A model generated the notes under the pieces. That model saw only the letters and a list, made by a program, of their open reading frames with translations, was not told the DNA's origin and did not search any database. A stretch of 50,283 nucleotides of DNA, the filler included, from Streblomastix strix (lineage: Eukaryota): NCBI GenBank assembly GCA_008636045.1. It is 2 parts of 2 records of this genome, joined end to end, with 100 filler letters (N's around TTAATTAATTAA, not from the genome) between each part and the next. Parts side by side here need not be neighbours in the genome. Positions count along the whole stretch, not along the records: positions 25,199 to 50,283 come from SNRW01000212.1; 1 more part is not named here. One strand, written 5' to 3'. The translations under genes were made by a program, and so were the position numbers. Shown here piece after piece: positions 50,239-50,283 of the stretch. Positions within the stretch are counted from its first letter, which is position 1, and each line of letters starts with the position of its first letter.

Positions 50239-50283
50239 TTTTTTATTATTATTATTATTATTATTTTTTTTATTATTTTTTTT
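45599..50283 (-). CDS. 3' part (>1500 codons) of a Q/S/P/N-rich low-complexity protein ending in a CaaX motif; 5' end outside window
   Basis: One frame was open at every position checked (about 50200, 49350, 47730, 45630). Ends ...SQQNLKQSCCCIL-TGA. TAA runs give poly-Gln. Confidence 0.75.
45986..46090. repeat. Coding 33-bp tandem repeat, about 3 copies
   Basis: Unit ATTTAACGATTATTAAGGTGATTATTAAAGTAG encodes LQQSPQQSLNL-type repeats on the minus strand. Confidence 0.85.
50180..50276. repeat. (TTA)n microsatellite encoding poly-Gln
   Basis: Long TTA run, read as in-frame TAA codons on the minus strand, interrupted by T-runs. Confidence 0.85.

Noticed and set aside
1..50283. tRNA/rRNA genes
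   Set aside because: No cloverleaf or rRNA-like GC-rich segment was seen by eye; tRNAscan-SE was not run.

Overview
AT-rich, intron-containing eukaryotic DNA that reads only with TAA/TAG = Gln and TGA as the sole stop (translation table 6), so the supplied standard-code ORF track is badly fragmented. The gene families and intron style suggest an oxymonad such as Streblomastix (inference). Host genes: two convergent SH3/ARM-like paralogs, a ~35-exon Kelch+PSI (attractin-like) type I membrane protein, a J-domain+RRM gene with a frameshift, a ~2000-aa NYN/PIN-like + multi-TM + GGA[IL]/FxxC beta-helix membrane protein, a long Q/S-rich ORF ending in a CaaX box, and several fragments. Two non-autonomous DNA transposons have clear ends: a Tc1/mariner-type element with TA TSD and a hAT-type element with an 8-bp TSD. 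The main feature is an intron-free, gene-dense Polinton/Maverick-like endogenous viral element at 25199-35054. It encodes a D,D35D retroviral-type integrase, two HNH proteins, a penton-like protein, a fibre-like protein and an AT-hook protein, all in the host's reassigned code. It is divided into ~3-kb blocks by four copies of an AGAGGTGCAA..CCTTTTT motif that point to the centre, and it ends in a 546-bp self-complementary terminus with 124-bp arms (AGTAGT...ACTACT). No DNA polymerase, major capsid or packaging ATPase gene is recognisable in the sequenced part, and the left end falls in an assembly gap. All translations were done by hand and no database searches were run.
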